Source of the DNA: a virus
Taxonomy: Duplodnaviria; Caudoviricetes
Virus record (IMG/VR): IMGVR_UViG_3300034965_000024
Location: 1 to 40,200 of that record
Reading direction: 5' to 3' (one strand)
DNA: 40,200 bases
Both the position numbers and the translations under genes were made by a program. Below, piece after piece: positions 24,146 to 34,327 of the stretch. A model generated the notes under the pieces. It was not told the origin of the DNA. It saw nothing but the letters and a program-made list of their open reading frames with translations, and made no database searches. Each line of letters begins with the position of its first letter. Within the stretch, counting starts at the first letter, position 1.

Positions 24146-25449
24146 CTACAGCGCAAATAAAGATACCGGATAAGCTGGTACCGGTTTTTGATTGCGAAGC
24201 TGATGTACGCTGGGCTAAGGGTGGGAGGGGTAGCGCTAAGACAAGAACATTTGCCAAGATGACTGCGGTACGCGGTTACAAATGGGCAAGAGAGGGTCGC
24301 AAGGGAATCATTCTTTGTGGCCGCCAATTCATGAACAGCTTGGACGAAAGTTCGCTCGAAGAGATCAAGGCCGCCATTCAGTCCGAACCTTTCCTGAATG
24401 ACTTCTACGAAATCGGCGAGAAATATATTAGGACCAAATGCGGATCGATTGATTACAAGTTTGCTGGCCTCGATCGAAATATTGCCAGCGTAAAGTCTAA
24501 GGCTAGGATTTTACTGTGTTGGGTCGATGAGGCGGAACCGGTTACCGAGGAGGCCTGGCAAACGCTGATACCGACATTGCGCGAAGAGGACAGCGAGCTA
24601 TGGGTAACCTGGAACCCTAAGCGGAAGAAATCACCGGTAGAGGCACGGTTCGCACAAAGCACTGATCCGCGCGTTGTCGGTACGGTTATGAATTACACCG
24701 ATAACCCCTGGTTCCCGGCCATCTTAGAGCGAGCAAGGCTCAAGGATATGAAAGAGCGCCCCGAGTCCTATGGGCATATCTGGGAAGGCGAGTTTGCAAC
24801 GATCGTTACAGGTGCTTACTTTGCCAGCCGATTAACGCAGGCGAAAGCAGAGGGCCGTATTGGGCGAGTAAGAGCCGATCCATTGATGACCATTCGGTTA
24901 TTCGCGGATATTGGTGGGACTGGAGCTAAGGCAGATGCGTTTGTATTTTGGGCTGCTCAGTTCATCGCTAGAGAGATCAGGGTGTTAAATTATTATGAAT
25001 CTGTTGGCCAACCGATCGACGCCCATTTGGCTTGGCTGCGCGATAATGATTATACGCATGACCGCGCCCAAATCTGGTTACCGCATGATGGTGGCACTCA
25101 GGATCGCATATACGATGTTAGTTATGAGAGCGCTTTTAAAGAGGCTGGGTACAAAGTAACGGTAGTACCGAATCAAGGGAAGGGTGCAGCCTCATCGCGT
25201 GTTGAAGCGGTTAGGCGCCTGTTCCCCGTGATGTGGGTCGATGCGGAAGCATGTGCAGCGGGTCTTGAAGCTTTGGGCTGGTATCATGAGAAGAAAGACG
25301 AGGTTCGCGATGTGGGTTTGGGTCCAGAGCACGACTGGAGTTCGAACGGAGCCGACGCTTATGGTTTGTTGGCCGTCGCCTACGAGCTACCACAAAAAGA
25401 TCGCCCAAGCACTTTTAAGCAGCAAGAACCCGACTATTTTGGAGTGTAA
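24142..25449 (+). CDS. terL: Terminase large subunit (PBSX type)
   Basis: GGRGSAKT Walker A, CWVDEAE Walker B, TWNP, C-terminal nuclease ...HDWSSNGADA. Confidence 0.96.
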   Translation: MTTAQIKIPDKLVPVFDCEADVRWAKGGRGSAKTRTFAKMTAVRGYKWAREGRKGIILCGRQFMNSLDESSLEEIKAAIQSEPFLNDFYEIGEKYIRTKCGSIDYKFAGLDRNIASVKSKARILLCWVDEAEPVTEEAWQTLIPTLREEDSELWVTWNPKRKKSPVEARFAQSTDPRVVGTVMNYTDNPWFPAILERARLKDMKERPESYGHIWEGEFATIVTGAYFASRLTQAKAEGRIGRVRADPLMTIRLFADIGGTGAKADAFVFWAAQFIAREIRVLNYYESVGQPIDAHLAWLRDNDYTHDRAQIWLPHDGGTQDRIYDVSYESAFKEAGYKVTVVPNQGKGAASSRVEAVRRLFPVMWVDAEACAAGLEALGWYHEKKDEVRDVGLGPEHDWSSNGADAYGLLAVAYELPQKDRPSTFKQQEPDYFGV

Positions 25450-25452
25450 TTG

Positions 25453-27567
25453 ATGGCTGATAACGGTGCGGGACTTTCCAGCTTTATGTCCGCTCGCTTC
25501 TGTGAGTGGGAGAAGGCCCGTAAGCCGCAAGAGCTGAAGATGCTCAATAACTATCAGGATATGATGCGGATCGATCGCGAGGACGATACGAAGGGAACCG
25601 GTATCTCTCGACCGCAGAAGTCAGGCCGCATATTCATTGGCTCAACTCGAGGTAAGATTCGATCGGCTCGAGCAAAGATTCGTGATGTGTTGTTCGGTGC
25701 TGGGAAGATGCCCTTCGATACCTCGCCCACCAACGAGGATTTAAAGAAGTTCGCCGATACGGTTGAGGATATTCTCGTCTATCAAATGGACGAGGGTGGA
25801 TTCAAGAAGTCGATCAAGACCGGCATTGATACTTTGGGTACTTATGGGACCGGGTTTATCTTTGGCCCCTTCGTCAAATCCAAAAAGCACATGGAAGTTA
25901 AAGCGACTCAAGATGCCGGCTATCCCCAGCTCCAGGAAGTAGAAACAGAATACCCGTGCCCTTACTTCGAGCTGGGCCGGACCATGGATATTTATCCCGA
26001 TCCAGATTCCGATGATGTCAAAGAAGGTCGGGGGGTGTTTTGGGGTATGCGCCAACACCCTGAATATTTCCGCCAGTTCATCGGCCAGGATGGTTACTCG
26101 AAGGAGAACATTGAAAACGGTATGCGGGAGGGCATGCCGTCCCTGACCAGCGAAGGTTCTGACCGACTGACGCAAGTACGTCGCGCGGTGATTCCGCCCG
26201 CAGACAGCGATCGAGTATGGTTCCTTCGGTACTTTGGTTTAGTGCGCCGTAGTGACCTGAATGAGTGGCGCCGTGACACCACTGAATCAGCCGGCGAGCA
26301 GACAGATGGTCAGCCGCAATCATTAGGCTCACTCGATCCCGCGCTTGATGAGGAATGGATAGAATCCATCATTCAGATGTGCGGCTCGTATGTGATCAAG
26401 GTTGAGGAAAACCCCTACCGTAAAGGTCGCCGCCCGGTCGCTCGCTGCGTCTATGAGGAGGTTGAGCACGAAATGTGGGGTGTCGGTATTGCTGAGAACA
26501 ACGAACCCCACCAGCGCGTTACCAATGCGGCTTTCCGCGTGTACCTTGAGGGCAAGGCTTTTGCCTTGATGCCACCACGATCGATCGACTTTAGTAAGTT
26601 CGAGCCTGCCGAGGACTTCAAGCTATTTCCCGGCAAAGTGAATAGATTCCGTCCTGGCTTAACCCCTGAAGAAAGGGAAAAGGCCATTATCCAGCACGCC
26701 GTTATTGATGTGAGTGATGGCTGGGAGCGTGTCATTGAGATGTCAGAAGGCTTCTCAGACGACGATACTGGCATTACGAAATATACCCAAGGCACTGACA
26801 GTAATAATTTAAACAAGACCGCTAGCGGTATCTCAATGATCATGAGCGCATCCAGCTTGCCGCTCAAGGAAGTCATCTCAAACATTGACGAAATGTGGAT
26901 CGAGGACATGGTAGAGGCTTTGCTCGATTGGGACTTGGAATATCTGGAGCCTGATATCGTCGCCAAGATACTAGGGCCTGAACAGGCTCAGACTTGGGCG
27001 AGCATTAAGCAGTTTGGTAAGACGAGCTTCATGACCTGGAAAGCCAGCGGTTCGCAGACGTTCATGGCAAAAGAAGTATTAATGCAGAAGTTGCAGGGAT
27101 TTCTACAGCTGGTGTTATCGGGAGGAGAGGTTACTATTCCCAAGGTTGATATTACTGAGCTACTCAATCAGGTTTGGGATGCCGGCGATGTGGGCAAGGA
27201 ATCCCCGGTCTATACCGATGAGGACTTGAAGAAAAAACAAGAGGAAATGCAAGCCAATCAACCGCCCAATCCGTTAGAGGTAAAGGCCAAGCTAGATGCC
27301 GACAAGGATCACCAAAGCCACGAATTTCAGATTGTCATGCAGCATTTGAAAGATACGCAGGCAAAGGAAAACGCCGAGCTAAGCGGAGGCATTCAGTTAA
27401 TTCTGGAAATGCTCAAACAGAAAGGCAGCATTGCATTAACTCAGGCTGCGCAGGTCGAGAGTTCGGTGGATGTATTGGCAGATGATGGCGAGCAAGAGGA
27501 AGCACCTGCTCAGCCCGCTGCACCAATGCAGCCACAGCCTGAAGTTATGCCGGGTATGCCGCAATGA
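25453..27567 (+). CDS. Portal protein
   Basis: About 704 aa directly after terL; WGVGI, TGITKYTQG, KTASGISMIM motifs; helical C-terminal barrel region. Confidence 0.9.
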   Translation: MADNGAGLSSFMSARFCEWEKARKPQELKMLNNYQDMMRIDREDDTKGTGISRPQKSGRIFIGSTRGKIRSARAKIRDVLFGAGKMPFDTSPTNEDLKKFADTVEDILVYQMDEGGFKKSIKTGIDTLGTYGTGFIFGPFVKSKKHMEVKATQDAGYPQLQEVETEYPCPYFELGRTMDIYPDPDSDDVKEGRGVFWGMRQHPEYFRQFIGQDGYSKENIENGMREGMPSLTSEGSDRLTQVRRAVIPPADSDRVWFLRYFGLVRRSDLNEWRRDTTESAGEQTDGQPQSLGSLDPALDEEWIESIIQMCGSYVIKVEENPYRKGRRPVARCVYEEVEHEMWGVGIAENNEPHQRVTNAAFRVYLEGKAFALMPPRSIDFSKFEPAEDFKLFPGKVNRFRPGLTPEEREKAIIQHAVIDVSDGWERVIEMSEGFSDDDTGITKYTQGTDSNNLNKTASGISMIMSASSLPLKEVISNIDEMWIEDMVEALLDWDLEYLEPDIVAKILGPEQAQTWASIKQFGKTSFMTWKASGSQTFMAKEVLMQKLQGFLQLVLSGGEVTIPKVDITELLNQVWDAGDVGKESPVYTDEDLKKKQEEMQANQPPNPLEVKAKLDADKDHQSHEFQIVMQHLKDTQAKENAELSGGIQLILEMLKQKGSIALTQAAQVESSVDVLADDGEQEEAPAQPAAPMQPQPEVMPGMPQ

Positions 27568-27803
27568 CGCCCGATGAAGGACTTGCGGTAGAACATGCTA
27601 AGCTGAGTCAAATGCAGCAAATATTCGCTGCATGGCCAGTATTAAGACCTTATCTTCTGGAAATTAGACAAGAGCATGTTGAAAAGCTAATTTTACGGGA
27701 GGATAATGAATTGCGCGGGAGAATCAAGCAATTGGATGATTTACTGCAATTGCCTGATAGCATTGCTCGTGCACAGCACCACTTGAGCGGATTACCGGAA
27801 TAA
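27564..27803 (+). CDS. Small conserved head-module protein
   Basis: Between portal and scaffold; LRGRIKQLDDLLQLP. Confidence 0.75.
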   Translation: MTPDEGLAVEHAKLSQMQQIFAAWPVLRPYLLEIRQEHVEKLILREDNELRGRIKQLDDLLQLPDSIARAQHHLSGLPE

Positions 27804-27880
27804 CGGCCCGCTTATGGACTACCGATTATTCGACCTGGACTCCCAGACTATCGAAAGTATTCGGCCCTTGAGGTAACAGA

Positions 27881-28636
27881 ATGGCAGATATAGCACCTGG
27901 CACTCCCGAATATCAGGAAGCCTACGATGCAGAGATTAAGCGGCTGGAGACCGAAGCTAATCCTTCGACTATCTCCGAGGAATCCACCACAAAACCGGCA
28001 GAAGTAACCGCCGAGGTTGTCGAGGAAGCGCCACAGCCGAGTGTTGAAGATCAGCTAAAAGAGTTGCGCGAAAGCAACGAGCGTCTTGCAAAAGAAGCTC
28101 GCGACACCAAGGCCTGGGCTACACGCACCTCGCAAGAGTTGGCCAAGGAGCGCAAAGTACGGGAATCCGAGGAGCGCCAGCGTAAACGTCCGGCAATCCT
28201 TGACGATGTACCCGGTCTCGAAGAAGCGATTCGACACACTGCACAACCGGTTAGCGCACCGCCAGAAAATAACTGGAGTGATGCAGTAGCCAAGGCAATA
28301 CCGGATATCGATGAGCATTTAGCGGACCCCGGCTTTTACCAAAAGGCGCAGGACATCCGCAATAAGCTGGGGCAGGATTGGAATGATCCACTCATAGCCA
28401 TTCGTGAACTATCGAACGCTCGCGCAGATCACTTGCGGGAGTCGGCAGTCTCCAAAGCCGTGGAACAGGCACAGCGCGACCATGCGGCGAAAGCCAAGAA
28501 GTTGGGCGCAATGGGTGTTCCGAGTGGCTCGGGTAAGCCGGCAGCCGCCAGGACTGAGCAGGATGAAGCGGATCGCATTCGTAACATGCCCGCCGATGAG
28601 TTCGAGAAGATGAGACGTAAAACACTGGGGTATTAA
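27881..28636 (+). CDS. Scaffolding protein
   Basis: Acidic coiled coil before the capsid gene; C-terminal IRNMPADEFEKMRR. Confidence 0.85.
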   Translation: MADIAPGTPEYQEAYDAEIKRLETEANPSTISEESTTKPAEVTAEVVEEAPQPSVEDQLKELRESNERLAKEARDTKAWATRTSQELAKERKVRESEERQRKRPAILDDVPGLEEAIRHTAQPVSAPPENNWSDAVAKAIPDIDEHLADPGFYQKAQDIRNKLGQDWNDPLIAIRELSNARADHLRESAVSKAVEQAQRDHAAKAKKLGAMGVPSGSGKPAAARTEQDEADRIRNMPADEFEKMRRKTLGY

Positions 28637-28682
28637 CCGAATACTTTTAACTTTCGCGCTGTGAAGCGCCACGGAGTCCAAC

Positions 28683-29699
28683 ATGGCTATAAACACCACC
28701 GCTACGCCTGCCGGTACCGCTGGCAACATACCGCCCGCTATCCAGGCCTACTACGACCGCAATCTGTTAGATCGTGCTATCCCGGCTGATGTACATGGCC
28801 GATTCGGTCAAGAGCGCCCGATTAAATTGCGTTCGGGTAATCAAATCAAATTCCGCCGTTATGAGTCCCTTGCTGCAGCTACTACGCCGCTGGTTGAAGG
28901 CGTAACCCCTTCCGGTACTAGCATGGTGCTGACGGATGTCACCGCCAACTTGGCGCAATACGGTGCCTTTGTATCGGTCACCGATATGGTCTCGCTGACT
29001 AACCAAGACCCCGTTCTGACTGAGATCGGTATGGTTTTGGGCGAGCAAGGTGGCGTCACTATCGATCAGGTTCGCCGCGATGTGTTGGTGGCAGGAACCA
29101 ACGTTATCTACACCAACGGATCGGCACGTAACACGCTGAACACGGTTATCTCGGCCATTTCCTTGCGTACCGCCATTCGGTATCTCAACCGCCAAAACGC
29201 CAAATTCGTCAAGAAAATGGTCGCTGCCGGCGTGAACATTGCGACTCAAGGTCTGCGCCCGTCCTATATCGGCTTGATTCACCCCGATACCGAGGCGCAA
29301 CTGGAAAGCATTACCGGCTATATCTCGATCAGCCAGTACCCCTCCGGCATGACCCCTTTACCGGATGAGGTTGGCTCATTCCGCAACATTCGCTTCTTCA
29401 GCTCGACCAACTGCAAAGTGTTCATTAACTCCGGCGCTGCTGTTGCTTCGGATGGCATGATTTCTACAGGTGCTGTGACTAACGATGTCTACGCTACCCT
29501 GATCATTGCAGACAATGCGTACGGTGTATGCCCGCTGGAAGGTCACGCGATGGAGAACATCATCAAGCCGTTAGGCTCGGGTGATGATCCGTTGAACCAA
29601 CGTGCTACTTCGGGCTGGAAGGCGATCACGACTACACAGATTCTTAACCAGAACTGGATTACTCGGATCGAGCACACCAACTTAACGGCGCTGACTTAA
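28683..29699 (+). CDS. Major capsid protein (N4-gp56 family)
   Basis: IKFRRY, PLVEGVTP, LAQYG, EVG, DPLNQR.T.GWK. Confidence 0.95.
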   Translation: MAINTTATPAGTAGNIPPAIQAYYDRNLLDRAIPADVHGRFGQERPIKLRSGNQIKFRRYESLAAATTPLVEGVTPSGTSMVLTDVTANLAQYGAFVSVTDMVSLTNQDPVLTEIGMVLGEQGGVTIDQVRRDVLVAGTNVIYTNGSARNTLNTVISAISLRTAIRYLNRQNAKFVKKMVAAGVNIATQGLRPSYIGLIHPDTEAQLESITGYISISQYPSGMTPLPDEVGSFRNIRFFSSTNCKVFINSGAAVASDGMISTGAVTNDVYATLIIADNAYGVCPLEGHAMENIIKPLGSGDDPLNQRATSGWKAITTTQILNQNWITRIEHTNLTALT

Positions 29700-29729
29700 T
29701 CTGACCCGTAACTTTTTAGGAGAAATACT

Positions 29730-30098
29730 ATGGCACAGAACATTTTGGGTCAGACGTTAGTAGCGGCCCCGGGCGACGGCATTGTGCACATGGCAGCCGG
29801 TACCGATACCTTCGACGCGACCGCTATTACTGCAACCGATTACGTTGAAATTCAATGCGGCTTTACCCCGCGTTATGTCCTTTGGATGAACATTACTGAC
29901 CGTGTCGGTGGCGAATGGTTTGATGGCATGGCTGATAACAGCTGCCTGAAAACTGTTGCTGCTGGCACTCGCACGCTAGAGGTTACGGGTGGTAACGGTG
30001 GTATAACTATCGTTACCGGTGGTTTCCGTGTGTTGCAAAATGCCACCTTGGCACTGATTCTGGCGTCGAAAGTTTGCCGCTGGCAGGCACAAGGTTAA
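29730..30098 (+). CDS. Putative capsid decoration protein
   Basis: Directly after the capsid gene and before a terminator; CGFTPRYV; beta-rich. Confidence 0.65.
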   Translation: MAQNILGQTLVAAPGDGIVHMAAGTDTFDATAITATDYVEIQCGFTPRYVLWMNITDRVGGEWFDGMADNSCLKTVAAGTRTLEVTGGNGGITIVTGGFRVLQNATLALILASKVCRWQAQG

Positions 30099-30108
30099 TT
30101 GATCCATT

Positions 30109-30126
30109 GCCCCCTCGGGGGCTTTT
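30109..30126 (+). terminator. Intrinsic terminator after the capsid genes
   Basis: GCCCC-CTCG-GGGGC-TTTT. Confidence 0.75.
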
Positions 30127-30142
30127 CTCACTGGAGAAATGT

Positions 30143-30550
30143 ATGAACTATGAATCAGCAGTTGTGCAAGCAGAAACGGGTTTCGTGATGCGTGCTACCA
30201 CTTGGCCGGCCACCCGTGGCTTTTTCTCAAATGGCCATGGCCAGTTGTTCGAGGTCGTTAAGGGCGAGCGCAAAGCCTTCAAGCCAACCGATGAGGAGCT
30301 TTTACTGGACTTTGAGGTCAGCAAAATTAACCCCTCCACCGCCGAGCAGGGTCAGCCAGCCGATAAATCAAAAGCCGTTGCCGAAGCCATGAAGCCAACC
30401 AATGAAGATCAGGCTACCGGTCAACAATTGCCGGAAAGTTTTGATCCCGCCAATCAGCCGGATAATGTGCAAAAAGAAGCGCATCATTTTGCAGTGAATC
30501 CGGGCGTTCCGACTAGCGACACCACCGAACCCAAAAAAGAGGGTAAATAA
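30143..30550 (+). CDS. Protein with a divergent DUF2829/Tad2-like N-domain and a disordered tail
   Basis: MNYESAV....G..MR...W...FKPTDEELL.DFEV pattern; start behind GGAG. Confidence 0.5.
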   Translation: MNYESAVVQAETGFVMRATTWPATRGFFSNGHGQLFEVVKGERKAFKPTDEELLLDFEVSKINPSTAEQGQPADKSKAVAEAMKPTNEDQATGQQLPESFDPANQPDNVQKEAHHFAVNPGVPTSDTTEPKKEGK

Positions 30551-30551
30551 A

Positions 30552-31037
30552 ATGGCATTTACTCATGAGGATTTGGCCGATAAGTCGAAAGACGATCTAC
30601 GCGATATTGCTGAGACACTGGGCATTACCGGTATTTCACAAGACAATAAACCGACCATGATCGCCAAGATCCTCGGCCTTTATGAGGATGAGCCAGTATC
30701 GGATAAGCCGAAAATCAAAGACAGCCGTAAGGATATCCCGCTAGGCGCTCTGTATACGCTGGACGGGAAGCGGCTGGATCGCAGCAATACGCCCGTCTAT
30801 AAGTTGATTATCCATTCGACGGAAAGCGATAGCACTGACGTTGATGTGATTGTGAATGGCCATAATCTGCGTATTCAGCGCAACAAAGAAGTTGAAGTCT
30901 TGGAGCCTTTTGTCCAGGCATTGCGTAACGCGATTATTCAAACCGTGGTGGAGGATCCCGAGGGCAACCGTATCCCCAGTACCGTGATGAAGTTCCCGCA
31001 CACCGCTGAGCTTGTATCGACTCCGAAGGCAGCCTAA
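30552..31037 (+). CDS. Head-module protein with a Rho-N-like N-terminal domain
   Basis: LADKSKDDLRDIAETLGI.G.S...K..MI.KIL; C-domain VIVNG...IQRNKEVEV. Confidence 0.7.
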   Translation: MAFTHEDLADKSKDDLRDIAETLGITGISQDNKPTMIAKILGLYEDEPVSDKPKIKDSRKDIPLGALYTLDGKRLDRSNTPVYKLIIHSTESDSTDVDVIVNGHNLRIQRNKEVEVLEPFVQALRNAIIQTVVEDPEGNRIPSTVMKFPHTAELVSTPKAA

Positions 31038-31040
31038 GCC

Positions 31041-31691
31041 ATGTCGGTCACGTGGTCGCTGATTCGCGAGCAGATCGTTGAGCGTGCATTGCAAAAATGC
31101 GGCGTATTGGCGGTTGGCGAATCGGCTACTGCGGACGATCAAACACTCTGCCTACAGGCTCTAGACAGCATTCTTAAGAACCTCGTGTGGCAGGGTTATA
31201 ACTGGCCTTCGACGGTAGCGGGCAGTACTACCATCAGCATTACGACGCAGACGACCAATCTGCCGGCTGACTTTTACTCGGCTAATGGTCTGAGTTATAT
31301 GGATACAGGATCGCAAGAGCACGAGATCCCTATTTTGCCCTTCGATCAATGGCGCGACATCCCGAAAAAAACAGACACTGCAACCTACCCACGCTTTGCC
31401 TATATCGATAATTTCAATACGCTCTATATCTATCCTGTTCCTACTGCAGCAGTCAGCGCGAGACTCTACTACCAGAAAGTCATCGACGATACGACACAAG
31501 CGGCACAGACTGCCCTGGAATCTCCCTGGATGATGGGGCTAGTCTATGGTGTGGCGGCTGAAGTAGCCGACGAATTCGAGGTGCCGCAGAAAAAGATACA
31601 GCGCTTTGAGGCGAAGTGGCGCGAACAATTAGCATTGGGTGTATCGAACAATGCGCCGCCCTCACACGCTTATGTATCGGTCTGTGACTAA
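31041..31691 (+). CDS. Head-to-tail adaptor (P22 gp4-like position)
   Basis: ALQKCGVLAVGE, LPADF, LYIYPVP; precedes the gp10-like gene. Confidence 0.8.
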   Translation: MSVTWSLIREQIVERALQKCGVLAVGESATADDQTLCLQALDSILKNLVWQGYNWPSTVAGSTTISITTQTTNLPADFYSANGLSYMDTGSQEHEIPILPFDQWRDIPKKTDTATYPRFAYIDNFNTLYIYPVPTAAVSARLYYQKVIDDTTQAAQTALESPWMMGLVYGVAAEVADEFEVPQKKIQRFEAKWREQLALGVSNNAPPSHAYVSVCD

Positions 31692-33112
31692 TGAATTTCC
31701 CCTTTGTCGGACCGGCCTACTTGCACCGATCGGTCAACGTCGCCGCGCAACGGTGTATCAATCTATACCCTGAAGTTGTCGAACAGAATGAAGAAGATCG
31801 CCGGCTAGTTCTTATTGGAGCGCCAGGCAAGCGGCTCACTTATACGTTACCTATTGGGCCTATCCGTGCACAATGGGTTTGCACGAACGGGCGCTCGTTT
31901 GCTGTTGCGGGCTATAAGTTATATGAGGTATTTGCCAATGCCTCTTATTCTGAGCGTGGCACCTTATCATCTAGCACGGGCGTAGTGTCTATTGCGGATA
32001 ACGGCTTGCAGATGATGCTGGTCGATGGCCCGCAGGGATATATTTTAACGCTAGCTACCAATCTATTTCAGACGATTACCGATCCTGATTTTCCCGGTGC
32101 CGATACCGTTGCCTTTCAGGACGGTTATTTTATTTTCAACAGCCCGAATACGGGCCGGTTTTACATCACGGCGCTATATGACGGTTTCAATATTAATGCA
32201 TTGGACTTCACCACAGCCGAGGGCAGTCCAGACAATATCATTGCACTGCTATCCGATCATCGGAATATCTGGCTATTTGGCACAAATTCAGTAGAGATTT
32301 ATTTTAACTCTGGCAATGCTACCTTTCCTTTTGAGCGGATACAGGGCGCCTTTATCGAGTCAGGTTGCGCAGCAAAATATGCCATTGCCAAGTTAGATAA
32401 TACGATTTATTGGATCGGTAACGATGACAAGGGTCAGGGTGTAATTTATAAGGCACAGAACTTTTCGCCCGTTAGAATCAGTACCCACGCGATCGAATTT
32501 GCATTGCAAAATTATTCAAGAATAGACGACGCGATAGCGTATACCTATCAACAGGAGGGACATGCCTTCTGTGTATTTGTGTTTCCTTCCGGTAATGCGA
32601 CATGGGTTTATGACGCGGCCACAAGTTTGTGGCATGAAAGAGGGTTTTTTAATAATGGGGTTTTGGAGCGTGATCGAGCCAATAATCAGGCCTTTGCGTT
32701 CGGCAAGCATTTAGTCGGTGATTGGGAGAACGGAAACATTTATGAGTTAGACCTCGATTATTACACCGACAACACAACAGCTATTAAGCGCTTGAGAGCC
32801 TGCAAACATTTATCCAGCAATGGCATGAATATCTTTTATAGCAACTTGCAAATTCTATTAGAAACAGGTGTTGGGCTGGACGGTATTCAACAGGGCACCG
32901 ATCCTAAAGCACAACTTAGGATCTCTAGAGATGGCGGCCATACGTTCAGCGCTGAAAAATACGCGACGATGGGCAAGATTGGCGACTATACCGCACGCTG
33001 TGATTACAATCGGCTAGGCCGAGGTAAAGATACCGTCTTTGAATGGAGCACGAGCGAGCCGGTTAAGGTCGTTATTACGGGGGCTCTCTTGCGTGCGACG
33101 GTGGGCGAATGA
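31691..33112 (+). CDS. Tail hub / DNA stabilisation protein (P22 gp10-like)
   Basis: 473 aa; CINLYPE, DGYFIF, AEGSPD, ISTHAIE, YQQEGH, TWVYD...WH, SRDGG. Confidence 0.92.
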   Translation: MNFPFVGPAYLHRSVNVAAQRCINLYPEVVEQNEEDRRLVLIGAPGKRLTYTLPIGPIRAQWVCTNGRSFAVAGYKLYEVFANASYSERGTLSSSTGVVSIADNGLQMMLVDGPQGYILTLATNLFQTITDPDFPGADTVAFQDGYFIFNSPNTGRFYITALYDGFNINALDFTTAEGSPDNIIALLSDHRNIWLFGTNSVEIYFNSGNATFPFERIQGAFIESGCAAKYAIAKLDNTIYWIGNDDKGQGVIYKAQNFSPVRISTHAIEFALQNYSRIDDAIAYTYQQEGHAFCVFVFPSGNATWVYDAATSLWHERGFFNNGVLERDRANNQAFAFGKHLVGDWENGNIYELDLDYYTDNTTAIKRLRACKHLSSNGMNIFYSNLQILLETGVGLDGIQQGTDPKAQLRISRDGGHTFSAEKYATMGKIGDYTARCDYNRLGRGKDTVFEWSTSEPVKVVITGALLRATVGE

Positions 33113-34143
33113 GCGCTGTTCAAATCCCTATCAACTTTACCGATGGGCGCGGCGATCTCACTCCACCCGCTAGGCAAGCGCTCTATCAGATTGCTAATCT
33201 ATTCAATACAGCGGTGCAGGGCATATTACCCTCATCGTTTGCCTATACACCTGTTGGCGGGACTCCGTTCGGTGCGGTCTATCTCGACAGCTCAGGCGCA
33301 TTAACCGCGACGGGTGCGATGTCAGATGGCCAACTACTCATCGGTAGAACCGGAGCATCACCACTGCTTCAAGCGCTAACCGGTACGGCAAATAGAATAT
33401 CAGTCACCAATGGCCCCGGCACGATTACCTTGTCAGCACCGCAGGATATTCATACTGCGGCATCCCCAACGTTTTTATCATTAACGCTGTCCAGCCTAAC
33501 GGCCAAATCCTTTTTATACTCTGGGGCTGGGAAAATACTCACCAGCACAGCGGCTCCTACTAATGGACAGTTGCTGATAGGATCAACCAGCACCGATCCG
33601 GCTGCCGGCACATTAACGGGCACCGCCAATCAGATTACCGTTACGAATGGCGCGGGTTCCATTACGCTCTCTCTGCCTCAGAATATCGCAGTGGGTAGCT
33701 CGCCCACTTTTACCGCATTAATGCTGACCGGCCTGCTTACGACGAACGGTCAGATTAAATTTCCGGCGACACAGAATCCATCCGCCGATGCGAATACGCT
33801 TGATGATTATGAAGAGGGTACTTTTACCCCTACCGCCAACGGTGTTACGCTCTCGGCGGCGACAGGAAGCTATACCAAAATTGGCCGCTTGGTCTTTGTT
33901 GGCTTTGATATCACATGGCCGGCAACTGTAGATGTAACGCAAGCCCAGATTACTAATCTACCCTTTACGGAGGCGGGTGTTGGTGCGGGCGCATCATTGG
34001 GTTTTCAGACCTACGCAACAGCAGTTACTGCAGTTATTGTAGGCAATACCACCTTATCATTCTGGACGATTGGCGGGGTAGCGGTGACGAATGCTAATGT
34101 CAGTACTCGCCGGTTTCTTGGTTCAGTGAGTTACTCAGTTTAA
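33109..34143 (+). CDS. Tail needle / fibre protein (gp26 position)
   Basis: Two GQLLIG...LTGTAN.I.VTNG.G.ITLS.PQ repeats; DANTLDDYEEGTFTP knob-junction motif. Confidence 0.75.
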   Translation: MSAVQIPINFTDGRGDLTPPARQALYQIANLFNTAVQGILPSSFAYTPVGGTPFGAVYLDSSGALTATGAMSDGQLLIGRTGASPLLQALTGTANRISVTNGPGTITLSAPQDIHTAASPTFLSLTLSSLTAKSFLYSGAGKILTSTAAPTNGQLLIGSTSTDPAAGTLTGTANQITVTNGAGSITLSLPQNIAVGSSPTFTALMLTGLLTTNGQIKFPATQNPSADANTLDDYEEGTFTPTANGVTLSAATGSYTKIGRLVFVGFDITWPATVDVTQAQITNLPFTEAGVGAGASLGFQTYATAVTAVIVGNTTLSFWTIGGVAVTNANVSTRRFLGSVSYSV

Positions 34144-34153
34144 GAGGGTTACA

Positions 34154-34327
34154 ATGAAAATCACTATCACTAATACCGATTCAGAAAATCCCGTTATCAC
34201 GCGATTGATGCGCGTGGATGATGACAGACAAGAAATAGACTGTGTGTCCGAGGCTCAATTATTGCCCTATCAAACCGCCGAGTTTGAAATCGGTGAGGGT
34301 CAGTCCTTGGTGGTTTTTGAGCGATGA
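34154..34327 (+). CDS. 57-aa protein (MKITITNTDSEN...), not in ORF track
   Basis: GAGGG RBS; ATGA coupling to the hydroxylase. Confidence 0.7.
   Translation: MKITITNTDSENPVITRLMRVDDDRQEIDCVSEAQLLPYQTAEFEIGEGQSLVVFER

Noticed and set aside
25741-29300. Long minus-strand ORFs within portal, scaffold and capsid
   Set aside because: Antisense shadows of conserved genes with no motifs
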